Of a stretch of DNA of 64,000 bases, positions 1 to 9,060 are shown one piece after another. The translations under genes and the position numbers were made by a program. The DNA lies in assembly GCA_963707635.1 (NCBI GenBank), contig OY970173.1:2432001-2496000 (forward strand), written 5' to 3'. This stretch comes from Candidatus Latescibacterota bacterium. GTDB taxonomy: Bacteria; Krumholzibacteriota; Krumholzibacteriia; WVZY01; JAKEHA01. The notes beneath the pieces were generated by a model. It worked only from the letters and a program-made list of their open reading frames with translations, did not search any database and had not been told where the DNA came from. Position 1 is the stretch's first letter; the number at the start of each line of letters is the position of its first letter.

Positions 1-535
1 CGTCAGTGGCCCGGAACAGCGTCGTGCCGTCCTTCGCATCCACCACCGTGATGGTGGCGCCGACGTAGGTCGCAGGCGTGGCGTTCTCGGTGATGTCGAC
101 CTCGTCTTTCTGCCACAGGTCGACTACCGGGATCAGAAATGCATCGCACTGCAACTGGCGGGCGAGCTCGCCCAGGAACTTCATATCCGGCTTGTCCGTG
201 TTCGCATACGACGTCAGGCAGTTCGCGTACGCGGCGGTCCACTGGTTCTGCTCGACGGCGTAGTCGACCGTGCCCGGGGCGATGAACTTGTAGTCCTTGC
301 GCGTCGCCAGCGCCTCATCCAGGTATCGCTCCAACGTCTTCGGCGCGACGCCGTCGGGATCGTCCTGATGATTGAGCGAGCTCGCAAACCGCAGCACCGC
401 GATCTTGCTGAATTGTTGCGCGACCGGGACTTTGGTGTCGGTGAAGCGCGGGTCGACGAAGACGTTGATCGGGTGCTGCTTGCGGCAGGACACCAACGCC
501 ACCAGGAGGATCGCGGCAACGACCAAACGCCTCAT
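1..535 (-). CDS. Hypothetical lipoprotein, truncated at the window edge
   Basis: My translation is MRRLVVAAILLVALVSCRKQHPINVF..., open to position 1. It has a lipobox-like LVSC, an AGAAGGAG RBS and an upstream TTGACA-17-TACTCT. It is absent from the ORF track because no stop lies in the window. Confidence 0.75.
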   Translation of the reverse strand, partial: MRRLVVAAILLVALVSCRKQHPINVFVDPRFTDTKVPVAQQFSKIAVLRFASSLNHQDDPDGVAPKTLERYLDEALATRKDYKFIAPGTVDYAVEQNQWTAAYANCLTSYANTDKPDMKFLGELARQLQCDAFLIPVVDLWQKDEVDITENATPATYVGATITVVDAKDGTTLFRATD

Positions 536-582
536 TCGTGAACTCCTTCTCGCCGTTGCGACGGTCGACGGCGAAGGCATCT

Positions 583-680
583 AGAGTATCCCCCGCGCCA
601 GCGCCTGTCAACCGCACGGCGACTTCGATAGTGGGTCCGAGTCCTGCTTTTTGACAACCGTCCCCGCGCACGCGTACACT
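583..680. promoter_or_regulatory. Divergent sigma70-like promoters
   Basis: Minus strand: TTGACA (611-606)-17-TACTCT (588-583). Plus strand: TTGACA (651-656)-18-TACACT (675-680). Confidence 0.6.
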
Positions 681-687
681 CGCCCGG

Positions 688-1788
688 GTGAGTACGTCCC
701 GGGGTGACGAGCGACCGCGCATGCTGCTGCTCGGTGACGCGCGCCAGGTGCATCTGCGACGCTGGGCGGCGTATTTCACGGAGCACGGCTACGATGTGCT
801 CACGCTCTCGCTCGAGCCGGGAGAGGGATTTCCCTCGCGATTCCGGAAACTCTCCGTCCCCGACCTGCTTCCCGACGCGCTGCGCTACCCGCTCGCGGCG
901 GTCGCGGTGCGCCGCGCCTGCCGGGAGTTTCGTCCCCACGTCGTGAGCGCGCATTTCGTCCCCAACTACGGACTGATCGCGGCATTGGTGCGGCCGCGCT
1001 CATGGGTCTTGAGCACCTGGGGCAGCGACGTGATGACCGACCCGGACAAGAGCGCGTTTCACCGCTGGCGCGCCGGCTTCGTGCTTCGCCGCGCGCCCTA
1101 CGTGACCTCGGACGCGCGGGTGCTCACCGAACGAATCCGCAGCTTCGGCGTCGACGAGCAGAAGATCCTCACCTTCCCCTACGGGGTCGACGAGCGGTTG
1201 TTCTACCCGGCCACCACCACTCCGGCCGCCGGTCCCCGGATCGTGAGCAACCGCAAACTCGAGCCCCTCTACCGCGTCGATACCGTAATCGACGCCTTCG
1301 CCGGGGTCCGCGAGGCCCTGCCCGACGCGGCGTTGACCGTCGCCGGCGACGGGGGGAGCCGAGCCGTGCTGGCCCGCCGCGCGGAGCGCTCCACCGCGTC
1401 GGCGGCGATCACCTTCGTCGGCGCGCTGGACCACGCGCGCATGCCGGCGCTGCTGCGCGAACACCACCTCTATGTGTCCGCCTCGCCGCACGACACCACC
1501 TCGGTCTCTCTGCTCGAGGCGATGGCGTGCGGCCTGTTTCCGGTGGTGACCGACATTCCCGCGAACCGGGAGTGGATCGTCGACGGCGAGAATGGAAGGC
1601 TGGTGGCGGCTGGTCAGGCGACGCGCTTCGCCGTCACCCTGATCGATTCGTGGCGCGACACGGGGCTGCGGGAACGCGCCCGGCGGCGAAACCTGGAGAT
1701 CATCGCGGCCCGCGGGCGCTGGGAAGATTCCATGCAGCCCGCCCGCGATCTGTTCGATTCGCTGGTCGAACGTTCCGGCCTCACTTGA
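688..1788 (+). CDS. Glycosyltransferase family 4 (GT-B)
   Basis: Motifs STWGSD, PYGVD, NRKLEPLYR and SLLEAMACGLFPVVTDIPANREWI. Start is GTG 688 or ATG 721. Confidence 0.9.
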   Translation: MSTSRGDERPRMLLLGDARQVHLRRWAAYFTEHGYDVLTLSLEPGEGFPSRFRKLSVPDLLPDALRYPLAAVAVRRACREFRPHVVSAHFVPNYGLIAALVRPRSWVLSTWGSDVMTDPDKSAFHRWRAGFVLRRAPYVTSDARVLTERIRSFGVDEQKILTFPYGVDERLFYPATTTPAAGPRIVSNRKLEPLYRVDTVIDAFAGVREALPDAALTVAGDGGSRAVLARRAERSTASAAITFVGALDHARMPALLREHHLYVSASPHDTTSVSLLEAMACGLFPVVTDIPANREWIVDGENGRLVAAGQATRFAVTLIDSWRDTGLRERARRRNLEIIAARGRWEDSMQPARDLFDSLVERSGLT

Positions 1789-1831
1789 CAACCGGCCTCC
1801 GCTCGGCAAGAATACCTGCTCTCTATCCACC

Positions 1832-2296
1832 ATGTCGACGTCACGCACCCCCGGCATCGTTCTGGTAGTCATCGGCGGCCTCCTGCTGGGCGCCGGGGTC
1901 ACCGCCTACTCGAGCGCGAGCCGAAAGGCGATCCCGATCCGCCAGCGCATCGAGTCCGACCAGGCGCTGCTCGACAGCACGCGCACCGAGTTGCGCGAAG
2001 TCAGCCTTCGCTACCAGGGTTTCTCGAAGAGCGGCCAGGAAGTGCCGGACTCCATCCGGCGCTACGAAGCGGGCACGGTATGGAAGCTGGATAAGAAGTA
2101 CGGAAACCGAATCTACCTCCTCGAGAGGAAAGAACGGGACTTGACGTTCGAGATGACGAGGCTACGCATGCGCGAGGGCGCCGCGAAGCGGCGCGGGCTG
2201 GTGGTTTCGGTACCGCTGGCCGTGTTCGGAGCCGGCGTGTCGCTCGCCGGAGTCCTCATGCTGAAGCGTTCGCGGCCCCGCCCGGTTGCGGCTTGA
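1832..2296 (+). CDS. Hypothetical membrane protein (TM-coiled coil-TM)
   Basis: Hydrophobic N- and C-terminal segments flank a charged helical region. Confidence 0.7.
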   Translation: MSTSRTPGIVLVVIGGLLLGAGVTAYSSASRKAIPIRQRIESDQALLDSTRTELREVSLRYQGFSKSGQEVPDSIRRYEAGTVWKLDKKYGNRIYLLERKERDLTFEMTRLRMREGAAKRRGLVVSVPLAVFGAGVSLAGVLMLKRSRPRPVAA

Positions 2297-2387
2297 CGAG
2301 TCGCCAGGCCGCGGCATACGCTCCCGTGGTTATGCGCGCCCACGCAGGCGCGTGCCGCGCGTCTCGATTTCCCTGCAAGGAGCCAGC

Positions 2388-2693
2388 ATGACGTACGTCG
2401 TCACAGGCAACTGTCAGCGGTGCCGCTACACGGATTGTGTCGTCGTGTGTCCCGTGGACTGTTTCCACGCTGACGCCGAGATGCTCTACATTGACCCGGA
2501 TTCGTGCATCGACTGCGACGCGTGCGCGCCCGAGTGCCCGGTCGAGGCGATCTATCCGGAAGAAGACGTGCCCGACGACCAGAAGCAGTGGATCGAGATC
2601 AACCGGGATCGCGCCGCCGCGAACCCGATCATCACCGACAAGCAGCCCCCGCTCCCCACCGCCGAGGCGCGGAAGAAGGAACTGGGCTTCTAG
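2388..2693 (+). CDS. fdxA: Ferredoxin, FdxA-like 7Fe type
   Basis: MTYVVTGNCQRCRYTDCVVVCPVDCFH...CIDCDACAPECPVEAI, with an AAGGAG RBS before ATG 2388. Confidence 0.9.
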   Translation: MTYVVTGNCQRCRYTDCVVVCPVDCFHADAEMLYIDPDSCIDCDACAPECPVEAIYPEEDVPDDQKQWIEINRDRAAANPIITDKQPPLPTAEARKKELGF

Positions 2694-2713
2694 CGCGTCT
2701 CAAAGACGGGAAG

Positions 2714-2748
2714 AAAAACGGGCCCCGATCGCATGGTCGGGGCCCGTT
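2714..2748 (-). terminator. Intrinsic terminator between convergent genes
   Basis: Stem AACGGGCCCCGA/TCGGGGCCCGTT with an adjacent A-run, which is a U-run on the minus strand. Confidence 0.7.
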
Positions 2749-2767
2749 CTCGTTCCGGTTCCGCTAA

Positions 2768-2857
2768 GGAGGAATGCACTCCCTCCGACGCCAATCCGCA
2801 GTCGCGCATTTCAACAATGTGCGCGGGCGGACGGCGGCAGAGGGAGTGCATTCCTCC
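2768..2857. repeat. ~90 nt long hairpin with perfect 18 bp terminal inverted repeat
   Basis: GGAGGAATGCACTCCCTC (2768-2785) and GAGGGAGTGCATTCCTCC (2840-2857), with further internal pairing. Confidence 0.8.
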
Positions 2858-2862
2858 CTTTC

Positions 2863-4227
2863 TCAACTCGCCTTCGGCTTGTCTTTCACCAGGTCCGCGC
2901 GCCGCAGGCGCAGCCCGTCGTAGCTGTCCGCCGAGATCACGTAGTACCACTTCGCGAACCGTGCGTTGAGCGCGTCCGCGCGCTTGCGCCCCGCTTCGAC
3001 CTTCTGGCTCCAGCGATCGTGCACGTCCTGGATGTCCTTCTGCCGGCGATCCACCGGGGTCCACGTGCTGTCCGGCTTCGTCTGGAACGCGAGGATCGTG
3101 GCCTTCGCCGGCTCCGGGAACCGTGACGGATCGAACGACGCTGTGATCATGAGGTAGCGGTTCTCGCCGGCCGCGCCCTCGCCCGGCGCGGTGCTGCCCG
3201 CGCTGACCGCTTCGCCGTCGCCAAAGGCCACCTCGCCGAACCGGAGCGTGTACGACACGCCGTCGTTGGTGCGCACCTGCAACTCGCCTTCGTTCGACAC
3301 CAGGCGTCCGTCCCGGGCAAAGTAGAAGCCGTGGCTCTGGAGCGATACCATGTCGGCCTGGGTGATGGATACGCCGGCAGCCGCCCGCGAGAGCGACGCG
3401 GTGACGCCTTCCGGCTTCGGACGCACGCCCTCGATCGAAAGCTCGTCGACCGCCTTCAGCAGGTTGTTGACCTTGTAGGTGTCGAGCTCCTTGCCGGCGG
3501 GTGTTCCCGCCATCGCCCACTGCTCGCCGTTCTTCGTCACCACGATGTCGTCGCGAACGTCGAGCCGGCCCGACCGCTCGTCGATGGAGTAGTCCTTCAG
3601 GTCGAAGCGCTCGATCTCCTCTTTCTCGATCTGCATCAGATCCGCTTCGATCCAATCCTTGAACTTGGTGGAGATATCGAGGTTCACCCGCGCGCCATAC
3701 ACCCGCTTCTGGCCGGGCACGCGCACGAGCCGGAACCCTTCGCGCCCTTCGAACGACTTGCCGATGATGAGATCGGCCAGCACCACGTCGTTCTCCCCCT
3801 TGATGGTCACGCGCTTGCCGCGCCCCTTGAGGCTCGGGCTGGTCATGTCGAGGGGGTCGATGACGCCGCACGCCTCGTGGTCGGTGACGTTGTCGGTGCG
3901 GAAATCGTCCTTGGTGATCCCGATCATTCCGGCGGCCGTCTTGGCCAGACGGTCCTTGCCGTCGGCCGGGTAGCCGTGGTGCGAGGGGATCGTCCACTTC
4001 CCGCCCTGAAACGTCACCTTGAACGGCACCGCCGCGCCGGTCTGCTCGTCCCAGTCCACGACTTCCAGCGTCCGCGCGGCGTTGGGGTCAGTGAAATCCG
4101 GGAAGAACGCTTCGCCCTGATCGAAGAACGCTTCCGGCGTCTTCTGACGCGGCGCCGTCAATATGGACAAGGCCGCGAGCACCACCGCACCGGCGGCAAA
4201 ATAGATCGTCTTGCGCATCTCGCTCAT
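2863..4227 (-). CDS. DUF4340-family protein (ABC/Gld-associated)
   Basis: N-terminal TM anchor, motifs WTIPSHHGYPAD and LADLIIGK, and typical position after a GldG-like gene. Confidence 0.75.
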   Translation of the reverse strand: MSEMRKTIYFAAGAVVLAALSILTAPRQKTPEAFFDQGEAFFPDFTDPNAARTLEVVDWDEQTGAAVPFKVTFQGGKWTIPSHHGYPADGKDRLAKTAAGMIGITKDDFRTDNVTDHEACGVIDPLDMTSPSLKGRGKRVTIKGENDVVLADLIIGKSFEGREGFRLVRVPGQKRVYGARVNLDISTKFKDWIEADLMQIEKEEIERFDLKDYSIDERSGRLDVRDDIVVTKNGEQWAMAGTPAGKELDTYKVNNLLKAVDELSIEGVRPKPEGVTASLSRAAAGVSITQADMVSLQSHGFYFARDGRLVSNEGELQVRTNDGVSYTLRFGEVAFGDGEAVSAGSTAPGEGAAGENRYLMITASFDPSRFPEPAKATILAFQTKPDSTWTPVDRRQKDIQDVHDRWSQKVEAGRKRADALNARFAKWYYVISADSYDGLRLRRADLVKDKPKAS

Positions 4228-4242
4228 CGTCGTCCTCCGTGC

Positions 4243-6912
4243 CTACCCGCGCAGCCGGTGGGCGGCTGCGGCGCCTTCCCGCTCGCGCCGTCGGCGCTTC
4301 ATGAAGATGAACACCCCGAGCACGAACACCGGCACGGGGGGAAGCAGCCCGGCCAGCGTCTTGATGCCGCTCTGGATGCGCCGCACCTGCGACTCCATGT
4401 CTTCCTTGCTGCGCTCGATCTTCACGTCGCGCTCGGATTCGATGGTCGCCTTCATGGTCTCGAAGCGCCGGTTCTCGGTCTCCTGCAGGCTGCGCGCCAT
4501 GATCTGCTTGGTGGTCGCGTCGAGGTCGGTGCGGCTCTCCACCTCGCTGACGCGCTCGTTCAGCCGCTGCTGCGCCTCCGCCAGCGCGGCCTGGGCGTCG
4601 GCCTGCGCCTGCTGCTCTTCCCCGGCCCGGCGTTCCGCGAACGCGCGGGTGCGCGACTCGACGGCGGTCAGGGTCCGGTGCTGGACCCGCCGGCGGCGCA
4701 GATCGACGAACGACTGGTCGCCGACCAGCACGTCGATGCAGTTGAGGAAGAACGAAACGTTGTCAAAATCCAGGTTCTCCAACCCGCGCCGCCGGATCTC
4801 GAAGAACTGGTCGGAGATGAAGTCCAGGTCGGCGATGAAGATGACGTTCACGTGGGTGGTGTCGCCGGCCGCGACTTTCTCGCCGGTCACGCGCGCGGCG
4901 ATCGGGTAGTCGGTCGAGGTCGCGTAGCGCGGTCCCTGGTAGGGCACCAGCCCCACGCCGAAGAAGCTCTTCTGCACGACCTGGCTGTAGTCGGTCGTCC
5001 CCGACGACGTGCTGCTCTTGATGATGGGCTCGAACGAAAACGGCGAGCCGCTCACCTTGGTAATGGCGCCGGGGAACAGGAACACGAGCTCCTGCAGCCC
5101 CTTCGACGCCGGGAAGGCGTCGTTGAAGGATTCGTTGTTGCCGTTGCCGCGTCCGACGAACACCACTTCGGGCGGAAGGTTCGCGAGCTCGGGGTGCGGG
5201 TTGTAGCGGTCCCACACGATCTGGGTCTTGCTCCAGAGCAACCCGAAGTTCCCCAGGAAGGTGCCGATGCCGCCCTTGGGCTTGGGTTGAGGGCCACGGT
5301 TGCGCATGAACGGGTTCACGTTGGCGCCGCTCTCCTCGTTCGGCCCGAGCCCAATGTCGAAGACCGGTACGGGGTCGTCGATCAGGAGCGCCGGGTGCCC
5401 GCGCCCGATGTATTCCTCGACGTGGTCCATCTCCTCCTGCGACAACGACGACGGGAGTGCCACCACCAGCGCGTCCAGCTTCTCCTGGATCGAATCCTGC
5501 GCCGAGACCTGCACCACCTCGTACTGTTTCTGCAACTCACCGACCACCGGCCACGGAGGCGTGCTCTGGAAGGTGTTGAAGTCCAGGCCGCCGAACATGC
5601 GCACCTGGGTCGTGACCACTCCCACCCGCTTGCGCGACGTGCGCGCAACCACCCGGATCGAACGCGCGATCTCGTACTCGGTCGGGAGCCCGCGGTCGAA
5701 GAAGCTGATCACGCTCTCTTCGCCGCCGCAGGTGAAGGCGACCCCCATGAACACCTTCATCACGTTGGCCTGCGAGCCTTCGATGTCGGGCACGTCCATC
5801 GGCAGGATGCCGAACTTCTCGCGCGCGTCGCGCGCCTCCTGGCTGTACGGCTCGGTGTCGTGGATCACCAGGTGGATCCGGTTGCCGCCGACCGCGTCGA
5901 ACTCGCGCAAGAACCCGAGCAGGTTCTCCCTCGGCTGCACGTACGCCCGCGGCACGTTCTTGCTGACGTAGGCCTGGATGAAGACCGGGCGATCGCCGGA
6001 GATCTCGTGGATCAGGCTCCGGCTCTCACCGGAAAGCGAATGCAGCCGCTCCGCGGTGACGTCGACACGCGCGCCCGCGCGCGTGAGCAGCGCGTGCGCG
6101 CTGATCAGCGCCACCGCGATCGCCACCGTGCGGATCGCAAAATGGAATCCCATGCGGTGCCCGCCGGCCGTCGGCGGCCAGTGGCGGCGCCCCACCAGCA
6201 CGACGTTGAGATAGAGCATCACGGCGACGATGCCCGCGAAATAGACGATCCCGGAGAGGCTCACCACGCCGCGCGCAAAGTCGCCGAAATAGTCGAACAC
6301 GGCCAGGCGCGCGCCGAAATCTGCGGCCGCCGGTCCGAAAACGCCCAGGACCCGCTCGACGTACACGAACCCGGCGCAGAAGATCGCCCCCAGAATGAAC
6401 GCAACCGTCACGTTCGCGCTCAAGCGCGACGCCAGCATCCCCACCGAGATGAACGCGGCGCCGATCAGCCAGTACCCCAGGTAGTTCCCGAGCATGAGCC
6501 CCAGGTCGGGGCGGCCGAGCCAGAACAGGACCAGCAGGTGGCTCAAGGACAGCAGTACCGCGCCGGTGAACACGCCGAGCGTCGCCAGATACTTGCCCAG
6601 CACCACCTCGAGGTCGGTGGCGGGCAGGGTGAGCAGGAGTTCCTCCGTCCCCTGCTTGCGCTCCTCGGACCACACCCCCATGGTGATGGCCGGCACGAAG
6701 AAGAGGAGCAGGTACGGGAACACGTCGTTGAGCTGCGACAGATTGGCGAGGTTGTTGAGGAAGAAGCGATCCTGCCAGAACGCAGCGGCCGCCGACAGGA
6801 ATATGAACAGCGTGATGAAGACGTACCCCGTCGGGTTGGAAAAATAGAGGCGAAGGTCGCGGCGGACGATCGCCCGGGTCACCACCCAGTTGATGGATCT
6901 CATCGCTCCCAC
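4243..6912 (-). CDS. GldF/GldG-like fusion: ABC-2 permease plus ABC_transp_aux (GIFT) domain
   Basis: YFSNPTGYVF, WSEERKQGTEELLLTLP, VVLGKYLA, RVDVTAERLHSLS, EYEIARSI, NVSFFLNCIDVL and a C-terminal TM. Confidence 0.85.
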   Translation of the reverse strand: MGAMRSINWVVTRAIVRRDLRLYFSNPTGYVFITLFIFLSAAAAFWQDRFFLNNLANLSQLNDVFPYLLLFFVPAITMGVWSEERKQGTEELLLTLPATDLEVVLGKYLATLGVFTGAVLLSLSHLLVLFWLGRPDLGLMLGNYLGYWLIGAAFISVGMLASRLSANVTVAFILGAIFCAGFVYVERVLGVFGPAAADFGARLAVFDYFGDFARGVVSLSGIVYFAGIVAVMLYLNVVLVGRRHWPPTAGGHRMGFHFAIRTVAIAVALISAHALLTRAGARVDVTAERLHSLSGESRSLIHEISGDRPVFIQAYVSKNVPRAYVQPRENLLGFLREFDAVGGNRIHLVIHDTEPYSQEARDAREKFGILPMDVPDIEGSQANVMKVFMGVAFTCGGEESVISFFDRGLPTEYEIARSIRVVARTSRKRVGVVTTQVRMFGGLDFNTFQSTPPWPVVGELQKQYEVVQVSAQDSIQEKLDALVVALPSSLSQEEMDHVEEYIGRGHPALLIDDPVPVFDIGLGPNEESGANVNPFMRNRGPQPKPKGGIGTFLGNFGLLWSKTQIVWDRYNPHPELANLPPEVVFVGRGNGNNESFNDAFPASKGLQELVFLFPGAITKVSGSPFSFEPIIKSSTSSGTTDYSQVVQKSFFGVGLVPYQGPRYATSTDYPIAARVTGEKVAAGDTTHVNVIFIADLDFISDQFFEIRRRGLENLDFDNVSFFLNCIDVLVGDQSFVDLRRRRVQHRTLTAVESRTRAFAERRAGEEQQAQADAQAALAEAQQRLNERVSEVESRTDLDATTKQIMARSLQETENRRFETMKATIESERDVKIERSKEDMESQVRRIQSGIKTLAGLLPPVPVFVLGVFIFMKRRRREREGAAAAHRLRG

Positions 6913-6916
6913 CCCC

Positions 6917-7666
6917 CTAGCGGCTCGCCGACGCTCGCGCGTCGGACCCGGTGAGCCGGTAAAACGTCTGCTCGAGTGTGCCCGCCTGGCGCAACTGCGC
7001 GGGCGGCCCGTCGAGGACCAGGCGGCCGTCGTTGATCAGGATCACGCGATCCGCGACTGCCTCGACTTCCTGGAGAATGTGCGTGGAGATGAGGATCGTC
7101 TTGGTGCGGCCGAGTACCTTGATGTTTTCGCGAAAGTCCCGGATCTGGTTGGGGTCAAGCCCGGCTGTCGGCTCGTCCATGATGAGCACGGCGGGGTCGT
7201 GGAGGAGCGCTTGCGCCAGCCCCACCCGCTGCCGGTACCCGCGCGAAAGCTTGCCGATGGGCTTCTCGATCACGTCGCGCAGCGCGCACTGGGTCACGAC
7301 CACGTCGATGCGCTCCTTGCACTTCGCCCCGAGCTCGCGCGCCTCGCCGAAGAAGCGCAGCAGCTCCAGCGGCGTCATGTCGTTGTACAGCGGCCCGTTC
7401 TCGGGCAGGTACCCGAGTGCGCGCGCGCCCTGGAGCCGCTGGCGGGTCATGTCGAAACCCGCAATGCGCGCGATCCCCGCGCTCGCCGCCAGGTAGCCGG
7501 AGAGGATCTTCATGGTGGTGGATTTCCCGGCGCCATTGGGCCCGAGAAACGACACGATCTGCCCCTCCGGGATGGAGAAGCTGACATCCTTTATAGCGAC
7601 GAACGGCCCGTAGTATTTCGACAGGCCCTCCGCCTCGATCATTACGCGACGCGGGGCATCCGCCAT
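6917..7666 (-). CDS. ABC transporter ATP-binding protein (GldA-like)
   Basis: Walker A GPNGAGKST, signature LSRGYRQR, Walker B LIMDEPTAGLD and H-loop STH. Confidence 0.95.
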   Translation of the reverse strand: MADAPRRVMIEAEGLSKYYGPFVAIKDVSFSIPEGQIVSFLGPNGAGKSTTMKILSGYLAASAGIARIAGFDMTRQRLQGARALGYLPENGPLYNDMTPLELLRFFGEARELGAKCKERIDVVVTQCALRDVIEKPIGKLSRGYRQRVGLAQALLHDPAVLIMDEPTAGLDPNQIRDFRENIKVLGRTKTILISTHILQEVEAVADRVILINDGRLVLDGPPAQLRQAGTLEQTFYRLTGSDARASASR

Positions 7667-7877
7667 GGGCGACTCCTCAAAGACGACGGTTCATACCGGG
7701 ATGAGCGAGAGAATTGACCGCTTATACAGAGGCCACCCCGAGAAGTTCACAAAGACTTTGCGCTCGTCTCAAGATGGCCTTCCAGGAACGAATCGGTATG
7801 GTAGCCGGGGCACCCCCATCCCGCAACCCCCTTTTCCGGGAACGCTCGCCGATGGCGGATAATCGCATAGATGACGA

Positions 7878-8969
7878 CTACAAAGCCGGTTGCACGGACG
7901 GCTTCAAGTCGATTCCGGGTCCGCTCCATACCGTCAGGCGCGGGCCTTCATAGCCGTACCCGCCCTCGTGGGGGTCGGCGTCCATGAGCAGCGGCGTGTC
8001 GAGATCGAGGTGGTCCACCCCGCCGAGCCCGAGCGCCAGCGCGTACGAGAACGACATCGCCAGGCGGGTCTCCATCATGCCGCCGACCATGAGGCCCAGC
8101 CCCGCCTTGCGCACGGCGCGCGCGATCGCGATCGTCTCCGCCAGACCGCACTTCATGATCTTGAGGTTGACGCAATCCGCCGCGCCGGCAGCAATGACCG
8201 CGTGCGCGTCGTCGAGGGTGAAGACCGATTCGTCGGCCGCGATCGGAGCCACCCGCGCGGCTCGCAGTCCGGCCATGCCCTCGAGGTCGCCGCGCGGCAG
8301 CGGTTGCTCGATGAGCCGGATCCGTCGCTTCAATGCGGCCACTCCGTGCACGAATGCGTGCGCCTGCGACCGGTCGAAGCCCTGGTTGGCATCGAGGACG
8401 AACGAAACGTCGGCAAATCGTTCGGCGAGTCGGGCGACCCGTGCCACGTCCGCGTCCACGTCGCCGCCCACCTTGAGTTTGAAGGTCCGGAATCCGCGCC
8501 CGTGCCACTGCGCCGCCAGTTGATCGACCCGCGCCTCGTCCAGTATCGGTATGGTGATGTCGGTTTCGCGCGCGCGCACGTCGGCGCCGCCGAAGAAAGC
8601 GTAGAGCGTCTGCCCGCGCAGGCGGGCGAGCGCGTCGACCACGGCGCATTCGATTCCGGTCCGCGCGGCGGGCTCGCCCGGCGCCCGGGCCGCCAGGGTG
8701 GCGCCCAGCGCGGGCCACTCTGACGCGCGCGCGCCCACGACGGTGACGCCCAGCCGGCGCGCGGCCTCGAGGCTCGCGTCGCGGGTTTCGCCGGTCAGGG
8801 CTTCGAAGGGCGCGATTTCCCCGAACCCCACCACTCCGTCCGCCAGGCGCACCCGCACCACGGCGACTTCCGCTTTCGCCAGCGCGCCGCGCGCAATGAC
8901 GAATCGGTCGGTCAGGGGAACGTCGAGGGGCCAGACCGCTACGGCCGTGATCGCGTCGGGGTGGGTCAT
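7878..8969 (-). CDS. Dipeptide epimerase (L-Ala-D/L-Glu epimerase, enolase superfamily)
   Basis: FKLKVG, DANQG, IEQP, ADES, NLKIMKCG, GGMMET and DLD. Start reassigned to ATG 8969. Confidence 0.88.
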   Translation of the reverse strand: MTHPDAITAVAVWPLDVPLTDRFVIARGALAKAEVAVVRVRLADGVVGFGEIAPFEALTGETRDASLEAARRLGVTVVGARASEWPALGATLAARAPGEPAARTGIECAVVDALARLRGQTLYAFFGGADVRARETDITIPILDEARVDQLAAQWHGRGFRTFKLKVGGDVDADVARVARLAERFADVSFVLDANQGFDRSQAHAFVHGVAALKRRIRLIEQPLPRGDLEGMAGLRAARVAPIAADESVFTLDDAHAVIAAGAADCVNLKIMKCGLAETIAIARAVRKAGLGLMVGGMMETRLAMSFSYALALGLGGVDHLDLDTPLLMDADPHEGGYGYEGPRLTVWSGPGIDLKPSVQPAL

Positions 8970-9018
8970 GGGAGATCCGAACGCGGCGCGCACGAGGACG
9001 CCGCGGGGTTCCAATCCG

Positions 9019-9060
9019 TCAGGATTTTCGCCGTTAAGACTTTCGCCGCTAAGACTTTCG
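9019..9060 (-). repeat. 15 bp tandem repeat (three imperfect copies) over the stop codon
   Basis: Minus strand reads CGAAAGTCTTAG CGGCGAAAGTCTTAA CGGCGAAAATCCTGA. Confidence 0.85.

Noticed and set aside
3331..6954. 1207 aa plus-strand ORF, and similar long ORFs at 36240-40433, 17707-19869 and 45045-47438
   Set aside because: These are antisense shadows of well-supported genes, expected at high GC, and show no recognisable motifs.
7667..7877. Possible ncRNA or small ORF in the gap between the ABC ATPase and the epimerase
   Set aside because: There is no recognisable RNA motif or convincing ORF, so it is most simply a promoter region.
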